Positions 53,240-64,000 of a stretch of DNA of 64,000 bases are shown here, piece by piece. This DNA is from Octopus sinensis (taxonomy: Eukaryota). Below the pieces are notes generated by a model. The model made no database searches and was not told the DNA's origin. It was given only the letters and a program-made list of their open reading frames with translations. Position numbers and translations under genes: made by a program. Each line of letters opens with the position of its first letter. The first letter of the stretch is position 1. The stretch covers positions 76,446,001-76,510,000 of the forward strand of contig NC_042997.1 in the NCBI RefSeq assembly GCF_006345805.1. Reading direction: 5' to 3'.

Positions 53240-54420
53240 TAGAAATAGTAACTGTAGTTACAGTGAATGACATCCTTGTGATTGACCGAGAGTGTTGAGT
53301 AGAGAATCAATCAAATATGGATATTGAAGATGATACAGATCTGGAATTGGAAATAGGAAATTGGAATTGGAAAAGCAATATAGAGGAGACTGGAAGTAGC
53401 TGTGAGTGCAGGCAATGCCATCAGACATTTGGTACCCAAGTGGGACTGAAGATTTATCAAGGCAAGAAGAGTTTGAAGAAACTGAATCAGTGTATCTCAT
53501 TTGACCATCAAATCATAATGGATTGATAAATGTTTCAGCTGAAGCTCCTTCAAAGTCTTTAGGTCAAGATACTTCTTTGCCAGATGAGAAGAAACCAAAT
53601 ATTTTGTGGCCGGATGCAAATGAGAAGGCTAGTTACAAAACTTTTGAAGAGAAAGTATGCAAGATGCTCCATAAAATAATGGGTCAACCCAAGACTAGGT
53701 GCATAAGCTTGCAAGCACAATACATGAGATAAGTGTTGAGTTATTTAGTGTAAAGGTGGGTGGAGGGTGGTAAGGAGAAACTTATTGCTAAACCCAGTGA
53801 AAGAAGACAAGAAAGAAAGATGAAGTAGTTGAGACAAGGACTTACGGAAGCAGTGAAAACAGACCAGACCTCTGGAGAAGGAAGGTTTGTTAGTCCTTTC
53901 AATATCAACAAGAAAGAAGCCAGATATGACAATATAGTGTGAGGAATGTAAAATAATAACCTTGCTGAATTAACTGTTTCACATGAAGACAATTTAGATG
54001 CAGCACAGGTTAGGAAAGATGAATGTTATGAGACACTACTGGAAGACTGTAGATGCTGGTTGAAGTGCAGTACTCTTTCATGTAGAAATTGAATATAGAG
54101 GTCCTATTGGGACCAGACTGAGATGGTGGCTGCTGTCAATTGTGTCCAAAATTGGCAAGCAAAAGTCATCATGAAGAAGATCCAGGTAACAGTTGGGAGA
54201 GCCAACCATTGGATATGGCTGGAAAGGAATGCTGAAACCTGGTTGGCAAGATGGGAATCATAAAAGGGCATCTTGTTGAATACTAGTCAATCAAAACAGT
54301 TGGGTGGAACCTCACATCAGTGAGCAGGGTGACAGTGTACTCTCTTGATGACCCCTGAAACATTCTGGCATCTAGTCTGCAGAGCTTTTGAGTAACTGCA
54401 TTTGCACTGTCAAACTGTTT
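53240..54420 (+). mobile_element. Internally deleted RLE-type (HERO/NeSL-like) non-LTR element
   Basis: N-terminal zinc finger CRQCHQTFGTQVGLKIYQ, then ILWPDANEK, then restriction-like endonuclease motifs KPDM...ELTVSHEDNLDAAQVRKDECY..L...VEI.YRG; no RT. Confidence 0.7.
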
Positions 54421-54539
54421 CTTTCTTTCTCTCTCTCTCTCTCTTGATGTATCCAAACAATTGTAGTGATTAATAAAAGTTCTTGTATCTTCCATCTTTT
54501 GTTTCACATATATATATATGAAAAGAACGTGAAAAAATA

Positions 54540-56298
54540 AACAGAGAACAAAAAAAGCTTTAGTGGCTAGCGGTCAATCATGGCGATGGCCAGAGAGAGG
54601 TGGTCAGACAGGAGACCTCGGAAGAAGGGGAGATAATTAAGTAGTGGTGATCCCAAAACGAAGGTGCGTGTATGTGCATGTGGATAGGGACTGGTGACCT
54701 TGACATGTAGGTGCGTGGATGATGGTGTGGATACTGGGAAGTGGTCAATGCTAGTGTGCGCAGGGTGGTGCGATGTAGTGTTGTTGTGTGGTGTGGTATG
54801 TTGTGTTGTGATGTGGTGGTGTGTGGTGTGGTGGTGTTGGGGATGGGGTGTGGTAGAAGCAAGGGTGGGGTGTAAGGGTAGGGTGTGGGTTGGGGTGAGG
54901 GTGTTGGGGTAGGAGAGGGGTATGTGGGAGTGGGGTGTGAGGGTGTTGGGGTAGGAGAGGGGTATGTGGGATTGGGGTGTGAGGGTGGGAGTGGAATGTG
55001 TGGATGTGGTATATGTGGGAGTAGAATATGTTGGGAGTGGGATAGGATGTATAGGGATGGGGTAACTATGAAGGGAGAGGGTGGTAGGGAGAAGGTGGGT
55101 AGGAGTGAAGAGAGGAAGTAGGTGTCAGAGCAAGAGAGGAGAGGTGGGTGGGAGTGAAGAGAGGAGGTAGGTGTGAAAGGGAGAGAGGGGAGAGTTAGAT
55201 GAAGAGGGGAGGGGAGTTGAGCACATGTGGTGCAAAGGAGCGAAGAGAGAAGATTAATTCCTGTTCATTGTGAAGATGGAAGTCTGGATGGCCTCTGTAC
55301 AAGGATGATATGAACTCAGACTGTTGTAAAGAATGACCGGTAGAGCATGAGACTGGAGTGTCATTGCCAAGTCTGATGTCTCTAAGGTGTTCTGCGAACC
55401 ATTCAACCAAGCGGCATCCTATTTGACTGTTGTACAGAGAAGGACAGAGAGAGCAGGAGATGCAGTAAATGATGTTGCTAGAAGTGCAGGTGGAGGTGTC
55501 AGTGATATGATAGTGTCGATGATGGGTGCCTGTGAGGATGGTGGTGATGGAGGGGTAGTGGCAAGTGCGGCAGCATGGGCAGGAGCAGGGGAACAAGCCT
55601 GGTTGGGAGGTGGTGTTAGGGAACAAACTGTGAACCAGGAGGTCATGTAGGTTGTGGGCTCGTTTGAAGGAGGGGAGGGGTAGGTTAGGGAAGATGTACA
55701 AAGTAGAGGGGTTGGACTAGAGTCGCCGGAAGGCTCAGAATGGTTCGTTGGAGAGATGGGGTGGTAGGTGAGGGGAGATGTGCGATGGCGGAGTGGGTGC
55801 GGGGAGAGAGAGCAGATGCACAGTCCATGGAATGTGCTCTGGCAAGGGCGGTGCGGATAGTGGTGAGGGGATATCCATGAAGGACGAAGTGGTGAGCCAT
55901 GTGTTGAGACTGAGTCTCAAAGTCATGGTTGTCACTGCAGAGTCTGCGCAGATGGAGGAATTGGGAGTAGGGGATGGAGAGTTTGCGTGTTTTGGGTGGG
56001 AAGAGGAGAAATTGAGGTATGAGTGTGAGTTGGTGTGTTTGTAGTGGATGGAGGTGGTGAGAGTGGAGTGATGAATGCTGACCGAAATGTCGAGAAAGGC
56101 AACGGAAGTTTTGGAAATAGTGCAGGAGAATTTGAGGGCAGGATGGAAAGATTTGACAAAGGAGAGGAAGGAGTCTAGTTGTTCGTGGGAGAGTGAGGTC
56201 ACACCAATAGAGTCGTCAATATAAGGACCATATAGTTCAGGAGTGGGATCAGTGAATTTTGAGAATATTTGGGCCTCAACATAGCCAATGAACAGGTT

Positions 56299-56302
<4 letters not shown>
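54540..56302 (-). mobile_element. Penelope-like element (RT C-terminus + GIY-YIG endonuclease)
   Basis: YANLFIGYVE, YIDD, FHPALKFS..VAFLDISV, YLNFSSSHP; TCTSSNIIYCISC..C.SLY..Q....L..WFAEH. Confidence 0.88.
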
Positions 56303-56330
<28 letters not shown>

Positions 56331-57850
56331 CTAGCAGTATCGCCCAGTGTTGCTCGGGTTTGTAAGGGAAATAACTATATAAGCATTTTTAGAGAGTTAT
56401 AGCAAAAAAATAGCAAAAAAATGCATTAAAAATGGAAAAAATGATGGTAATTTTTTTTTTAAATCGTTGAGTCATCGTAGACATTTTTAGAGAGTTACTT
56501 CCCTTATATAATAGCGAAAAAATGCATTAAAATGGAAAAAATGATGGTAAATTTTTTTTAAAATCGTAGACTCATCGTAGACGCGCGCTAATACCCAAAA
56601 GGGCTCGATATGAATCACGACTATAAGATACCCGGTTTTGGTTAAACTGCACCGCAAAATGTGGGAGTAGTTAGGAATCTAAATCGTAGGAGACAGACAC
56701 ACAACTTCACTTTTATATATAAAGATTTGTGCAACAACTAAAACATTCGGTTGTGCAAATTGTTGGCACAGTAAACCTGCCCTGTGTGGCGGTTTTTGCT
56801 GTTTTTGTGGATCTGTTTCAGCTTTTTTAGCGATTTCTGTTTTGGCGACTTCAAGCCATGAAGTCGTTGTTCTAAAAGAACGCTGGTCTCTTTGACAACG
56901 CTTTACGACGTTGATTTCCCTACCCTGCCTTCCCCACAGCTTCACGAGGGAGGGAAGAAGAGGAGGAGCTACACAGGTGCAACCCAGACGACAGCTTCAG
57001 CCACCACGACCAACACCATCACCACTACCACCATGACCAACACCACCACCATGACCACCATCATCACCACGACGACCACCACCACCACCATCATCACCAC
57101 CCCCACCACCATAACCACCACCAAAAACAACAACAACACCACCAACACCACAACAACAAACATGACGACCACCACGACCACGACCACCAACACCACTACC
57201 AGCACCACCACCACCACCACCGCTGCCACTACCACCGCCTCCACCACCACCATACTATGCCTCTGCTTTCTCCTTTTGGCTACTAAATCCATTACCATAT
57301 TTCACAAGTACCATCGCCATACAATATTGCCTTCAAAAGTTTGTGTTTGGATATATTTTTTAAGTAAAAGTTGTGCAACAACTATAACATTCGGTTGTGC
57401 AAATTATTTGCACGGGAAACCTTCCCTGTGTGGCGTGTTTCCCAATTTTGTAGAATTTGCTTTCGGGCTTTCTTTGCCATTTCTGTTTTGGTGTCTTCAA
57501 GCCATGAAGTCGTTGTTCTAAAAGAACGCTGGTCTCCTAGACAACGCTTTACGACGTTGATTTCCTCACACTCCCTTCCCCACAGCTTCACGAGGGAGGG
57601 AAGAAGGGGGAGAAGCAACACAGGTGCAGGTGTGAGCCCTTTATTTAAAAAATATGCGTTAAAATGGAAAAAAATTATGGTAAATTATTCTTAAAATTGT
57701 AGACTCATCGTAGACGCGCGCTAATACCCAGACGGGCTCGATATGAATCACGACTATAAGATACCCGAATTTGGTTAAACTGCACCGCAAAATGTGGGAG
57801 TAGTTAGGAATTTAAATCGTAGGAGACAGACACTCACACAACTTCACTTT

Positions 57851-57860
<10 letters not shown>
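56331..57860 (-). mobile_element. Composite Helitron: two 5' ends, captured filler and one 3' CTAG
   Basis: CTAG + hairpin at 56331; inner A|TC 5' end at 56725; second copy of the 5' region at 57640-57860; filler 56726-57630. Confidence 0.8.
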
Positions 57861-57886
<26 letters not shown>

Positions 57887-57890
57887 TTTA

Positions 57891-59077
57891 TAGGGGTTGG
57901 ACAAAATAATGGAAACACCTAGCATCATAGCATCCTAATTTTGAAATATCTATTAAAAACGTCAAAAGCTTGTTTATTTTTATGTTTTTTTTATTTATTA
58001 TGAGCATTGCTTAATAAGTTTTGCTAAAATTGCTGTTTCTTTTCAGATATCACCAGAAAAAGGTAATTAAAATTCATTAAAATGACAGATTGGTATTCAT
58101 ATGGCAGGCACTAGTGTAACAAAAACAGCCGAAGTGTTTGGTGTATCAAGAAGTAATGTCTCAAAAGTAAAGACTGCCATTGAGAAAGAGGGAAAAACCT
58201 CGTTGAAACAAAACTCTGAAGGAAAACCAAAACTTTCAGATAGGGACCATCTGACTCTTACACAAATTGTTAGAACGGATCAAAAAAGAACAGCTCCCAA
58301 AATTACTGCAGAGCTTAATGAGAACCTAGTATCCACAAAAACTGTTCACCGGGAGCTGGACAAAGCCAGATTTCATGGGAGTGCTGCAATCACAAAACCA
58401 CTACTTTGAAAAACAAAAGTTTCAAAGCGTTTAGAGTGGTGTAAAAACCTACAGAATTGGTCCCTAGAGCAGTGGACAAATGTTATTTTCTTGGACGAGC
58501 CATACTTTATCTTATTACCAACCACTGGCTGAGTATACATGTGGAGACAGCCAAAAGAAGCATTTGACCCAGACTATGTTCTTCCAACTGTTTAACATGG
58601 AGGAGGATCTGGGTGGATGTATCTTGGAAATCCACCAGGCTAATGGTTTCCCTCTATGGCAGAATTAATAGTCAAGACTATTAAGCATTTTTCCGGAGGG
58701 AAATGCTATCTTTCAGGATGATAATGCATCAATTCACACACCTGAGGATGTTACTGAATGGTACGAGGAACATTCTAGTGAAGTTGAACATCTTATCTGG
58801 CCACCACAGTCCCCAGATATCAATATTACTGAACATTTATGGTGCATTTCAGAAAAACAAGTAAAGAGTCGGTATCCTCTACCATCATCACTACAAGAAC
58901 TGTAGACTGTTTTAGCTGAAGAATGGACAAAAATTCCTTCGGAATAAATTCAAACTTTGTATGAGTCCATACCTCATAGAATTCAAGCTGTAATTACTGC
59001 CAAAGACGGTCCTACACGACATTAAAATAAATTTGTTTGAAATTTTAAGGTGTTTCCATTATTTTATCCAACTCCTC
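57891..59077 (+). mobile_element. Tc1-family transposon, disrupted transposase
   Basis: TA-flanked TIRs aggggttggacaaaataatggaaacacct / aggtgtttccattattttatccaactcct; HTH ORF 58101-58409; IFLDE, FQDDNASIH and WPPQSPDIN motifs. Confidence 0.9.
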
Positions 59078-59339
59078 TATGTGTGTGTGTGTATATATGT
59101 CCTCAACCAAACAGGAATACCAAGCATGTTTGCACTCCTCACACAAAGACATATGAGATGGCTTGGATATGTTAGCTGTATGGAAGATGGCAGAATCCCC
59201 AAGGACATATTCTACAGAAAGCTTGCTAGGGGCACTAGGTCTGTGGGAAGACCGTTCTTATGATACAAAAGGGTGTTTGCAAAAGGGACATGAAGGCCTG
59301 CAACATCAATATTAGCAACTGGGAAGCAGTTGCCAGCAA

Positions 59340-60741
59340 TCATGGTATATTACATCCACATTTGATTTGTTGAGTAACTGCCTCAACACCCAGCTCCTAC
59401 CTGGTTGAAAACCATGTTGGGTATCACTTAGCAAGTTATTTTTTTCAAGGAATGTGATTAGTTTCCCTCTGACTATCCGTTCCATGACTTTGCTGTTGTG
59501 TGAAGTCAGAGAGATAGGCCTATAGTTTTTGGCATCTGCTCTACTTCCCCCTTTATGTATTGGGCATATTATTCCTTCCTTCAGCTTGCTTGGCAGTTTG
59601 CCATTTGTAAGAAAGCTCTGGAAGAGAATCTGGAGGGGTTTTGCCAGGGCATGCTTACACGATTTGAGGAGGATTGCTGGGAAACCATCAGGACCAGCAG
59701 TTGAGTTTGTGTCCACTTCATCTATGGCTTGTAGTATATCTTCTTCGCTAATGTCAGTGTATTCCATTGTAACTGCCTTGCTGGTTATAGGTGAGGCGGT
59801 AAAGAAGTCCACTGGTTCATTCCCGTGTTTGTGTTCCAATGGGGTGGTAAAGACACTTTTGAACTGGTCATTCAGTATCTTACTGATCTTAGTTGGACTG
59901 TCTGTGAGGGAGCCATCCTTTTGGAGGAGGGGTCCTATCTTGTAGTGTACTTTTGTGTAATGAAAGAAGGCCTTTGGGTTTGGCTTAATGTTTTTTATAA
60001 CCCAGGCTTCTTTGTCTACTTTCTCCCTCACATAGGATTGTTGCAGCCCTTTTTCGATCTCCATCAGTATTGTTTTTAGGCGGGATGTTTCGCTACTTTT
60101 GGGATGTTAGTTGAGTTGATTTGCAACCTTCGTCTATTGTCTCATGAGGACCTTCCTCTCTCTTGGAATCTTGTTCCTATTTGTTTTCGCCTTGTGCTCT
60201 GGGACAGATTTCTGGCATATGGCTTGCACAACAGACATGAAACATTCCAGTTTCATGTCAATGTCTGGTGTGGAGAGACATTCTGGCCAGTCCTCTCTGA
60301 GGATCTCTTTTTGGATTGATTTCCAATCTGCTTTGTGGAAGTTCAGATTGGAGAGATTTCGGATGCTTCCTTTAGGCTGTACGTCTCTGGTTACTTTCGC
60401 CATAGACATAGACAGCTCTATTATGTTGTGATCCGAGACTAATGTCAGAGTCACATTCACATCATGAATAATGTCCATATTGTTCGTGAAGCAGAGATCC
60501 AGAATGTTATTCGCCCTAGTTGGTCTGAGTACAGCTTGCTCCATGAATAGGGCATTGGGGAGGTTGAGCAGGGACTCCACCTGTGCTTGCTTGCAATGAG
60601 TCATTCCTGAAAGTATGAGACCTTCGGGCCATTTGACGTTGGGGAAGTTGAAATCACCCATAAGAAATATGGTCACGTGATGTTCCAGATTCATGAGGAT
60701 TTCTTTAATTCTTGTGAGGCAATCTTCAAACTTGCCTATGT

Positions 60742-60743
<2 letters not shown>
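59340..60743 (-). mobile_element. CR1/Jockey-type LINE ORF2 fragment (endonuclease + RT start)
   Basis: [15 protein letters not shown]; TAGPDG, NYRPISLTS, QHGFQPGRS. Confidence 0.88.
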
Positions 60744-60839
<96 letters not shown>

Positions 60840-61033
60840 CACACATACATATATATTTATGTATATATGTATGTATATACATTATATATATATATGTATG
60901 TATATATATGTATATACAAATATATGTATGTATATATATGTATATACAAATATATGTATGTATATATATATGTATATACATGTATGTACATATATATATG
61001 TATATACATGTGTATATATGTATATACATACAT

Positions 61034-61065
<32 letters not shown>

Positions 61066-61157
61066 ATGTATGTATTTACATATATACACATGTATATACA
61101 TATATATATGTACATATATATATGTATATACATGTGTATATATGTATATACATACAT

Positions 61158-61189
<32 letters not shown>

Positions 61190-61210
61190 ATATATAATGT
61201 ATGTATATAC

Positions 61211-61243
<33 letters not shown>

Positions 61244-61507
61244 CATACATATATATATATATATATACATACATACATATATTTGTATATACATATATAT
61301 ACATACATATATATATATAATGTATATACATACATATATACATAAATATAAATATATGAAATAAAAATTAGAGATAAAAGCACTATTACGCAATTCAAAC
61401 AATGATAGACATAAATATATATATATATATATATATTTATGTCTATCATTGTTTGAATTGCATAATAGTGCTTTTATCTCTAATTTTTATTTCATATATT
61501 TATATTG
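60744..61507. repeat. TA-rich microsatellite with nested inverted repeats and a terminal ~160 bp hairpin (61346-61507)
   Basis: tatgaaataaaaattagagataaaagcactatta.gcaattcaaacaatgatagacataaa-(TA)n-reverse complement. Confidence 0.9.
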
Positions 61508-62474
61508 TGAAATTTGATTTATTACTAAAGGTGGAGAAAATATTACCTGACTACCAGAAGTAGAGTAACATTCTTTATTGAAAAGCAACAGAAATGTCAC
61601 AAAAACACTTACTCAGAGTTTCACTTTCCCGTTTGTCGGACAGTTTTGTTTAGAATGGAACAGAAAGAAGGTTATTAGCAAACATAAAATTTATTGGAGA
61701 CACATTTGAATATGGTCTTGGTTCATTGGTCCTTAAGCATGCAATGAACAAAATTCAGTATAAAATCATCTTGTTATAAAATCAAAGAAAACCTTAAATC
61801 AAAGGACAGAGTCTAAATATAGAGGGTAAATAATTATATGCAAAATATAAATCAATTAAATATTAAAAATTATATCTGTTTAAAAATTAAAAATTTTCAC
61901 GCTGGATTACATATACATTTAGCAGTATATTCACATAGTAAACCATCTATAATATACATACAAGCATACACCACACATACTTATGCTTATAAATAGTAAT
62001 TGAAGTAGTTGTAGTGTTAGTGTTGGGAGTTGTCGAGGTAGTGCTAGCAAAAAATCATACAGTTTGTTGTACTAAGAGTCAATTATGTTTTCTGACATAA
62101 AATTTACTTGGGTTCTCTTGGTGGAGTATGCCTTACATCATTAGCGAAAAAAAGAAAAAGAGATTATTGTTGCCTTGTAGACGTTAGTATGTATGATTCT
62201 AGATGTGCCGAATCAATGAACACATTTAAAAGTATAGTTCAGAATGGTTGACTAGCAATTAGGAGTGGTGAATCAACATATTGTGTGAAAAATGAGATAT
62301 GTTGTGAATCTTATAATTTAAATTGTGAAGTTTGTGGAAAGTCAAGCATGCATTTTGTTTTAAGTATGAAAGAAAAAAACATAAACAATTGCATGATTAC
62401 TTTGTATGCATTCATAGATGCTTATAACATAACTGTATCTTTGTGTGATTAAGCCTGAATTATTTATTTTCCAG

Positions 62475-62715
62475 AAATAATAATAAATGTTATCGCCGCT
62501 GTGGAGCTGCAACTGTTCTTACCAATGTAACTTCAGGTGCTCTTGGCTCATTTGAAACTACTCCTGAACTGAATCATGCCTGGAAAATTTACTGTTTGTG
62601 GATTATCACTCCCTTTAATGATGTACAAAGACCTTTTGAATTAGCTAGAGAAAAGAAGACTCTGCCCAGCATATCTTTAACATTTGAACCAGATATTTCG
62701 GTTAATTGTTCTCTG
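62475..62715 (+). CDS. MEGF8: MEGF8-like internal exon 6 (start of CUB domain)
   Basis: ttttccag acceptor, GTAAGT donor; CYRRCGAATVLTNVTSGALGS...YCLWII...ISLTFEPD...C resembles MEGF8 CFRECGGRALLTNVSSVALGS...YCVWVV...LTLTFSPD; phase consistent. Confidence 0.88.
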
Positions 62716-63313
62716 GTAAGTTACTTTATTTTTGCATTAGAAAAAGGGTACAGTTGTAAAAGTATTGCTATAGAAATATTTACAAAAGTTCTGATTTTGA
62801 ATCTGGCTAGTAGAATCATAATCTGCTTTTAGCTATATTGATTTACAGCTAGGAAATATATTAACTTTCTTTTTTATCAAATGACATTGTTTTTAATTGA
62901 TCAATGGTTCATTTCCTCTTGTAGAGATTTTTATCATAGTAAAATTAAAATTCTGTTTGTATGTTTCTTGTTTTGAAACTAAACTATGCATTGCTTCAGT
63001 AAAATGTTTTGACATATAAACTCTTAGAGATAAGCCCTTGTGCCTTGAAACATGTCAAGGGAATCTGATCTGTAAAAATCCTTGAAACAGAACTTCCATT
63101 ATTACACCTCTGCAGCTCCATTTTAATTACTATTTTTAATCAATGCAGATTATTGATGCTCACTACTATTTGACATGTTCCATTTGTTTCCTTTTTAAGA
63201 GGGATGGAGAGAAAGAGAGAGATGACTGTCAATTCAACCTATATAATGTGTGTGCAGACACTGGCAGGAGAAAGTGTGCATGACAGATTTTGTGAGAAAA
63301 TATTCAAATATAG

Positions 63314-63359
<46 letters not shown>

Positions 63360-63362
<3 letters not shown>

Positions 63363-63985
63363 CAAAGTTTCTGCCAAACCAAAGGTGACATGTGAGGTTG
63401 ACAGGGCCATAAAAGAGAAGAGATGGATTTGGGAAGAGTGGAAAAGTAGAAGTAGCAAAAAACCATAGCAGATATCTAAAAGGGAAGCTAGGGGACAGGT
63501 TTATCTAATAAAAGCAGAAGCAGAAAACAAAGTTTGTCAGTGTCTTCCAACATAAGAATTAGTGCCGAGGGGTATTCTGGATTGCTAGACAGTGTATCAG
63601 AAAGAATCAAGTATGTATAGATGGGTGATGGTATGCTTGCACTTAGTGACTCTGATAAGAAAGAGACATGTAAGTCCTTCTATGAAAGGTTATTATATGA
63701 GGAGAATGTATGGGAAAAAGGGAATCTCCTCAGTGTGAACATAACAGAGGGTCCAGCCAGCCTAGTTGACAGCAGTATGATTGATAAAGCAATTAAGGAT
63801 ATGAAGACAGGGAAAACCCCTAGTCCATTGGAAATTGCTGCTGAGGTGCTTAAAATATTTGGCAGAGTAGGATATGCTCTAATCACATGTATACTTAATC
63901 AGGTTTTTCAGGAAGATGTCATTCCCAATGACTAGTGCAGCAACATTATAGTCAGCTGTTACAAGTGTAAAAGAGATGCCTTAGA
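63360..63985 (+). mobile_element. RTE LINE fragment
   Basis: YERLL.EENVWEK...AIKDMKTGKTP.P..I.AEVLK...IPND. Confidence 0.8.
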
Positions 63986-64000
63986 TTATGTGTGACTATA

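Noticed and set aside
54500-54700. Intact hammerhead ribozyme in the Penelope terminus
   Set aside because: No CUGANGA...GAAA core found on either strand by eye
56892-57521. Thr-rich mucin-like ORF
   Set aside because: (ACC)n low complexity inside Helitron filler, with no ATG start or splice support

Overview
Eukaryotic, very AT-rich and repeat-dense genomic DNA. The repeat families and long (TA)n tracts suggest a coleoid cephalopod, probably Octopus (inference). The only host gene I can support is an internal part of a + strand MEGF8-like gene. Six GT-AG exons (3470-3573, 7251-7519, 21421-21649, 23591-23817, 46785-46926, 62475-62715) splice in phase into a stop-free ~404-aa PSI / EGF / laminin-EGF / CUB segment. 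The introns (2-23 kb) are filled with transposons: a near full-length Tx1/L1-clade LINE sitting in an (ATT)n microsatellite, many RTE and CR1/Jockey LINE fragments, tRNA-derived SINEs, Penelope-like elements, an internally deleted HERO/NeSL-type element, Tc1/mariner and piggyBac elements, MITEs, at least five Helitron-type elements (one composite with captured sequence) and many long inverted repeats. There is a 100-N gap at 31862-31961. Most long ORFs in the track are microsatellite artefacts. No prokaryotic system, CRISPR array, rRNA or true tRNA gene was found. TE boundaries without TIR/TSD evidence are approximate.
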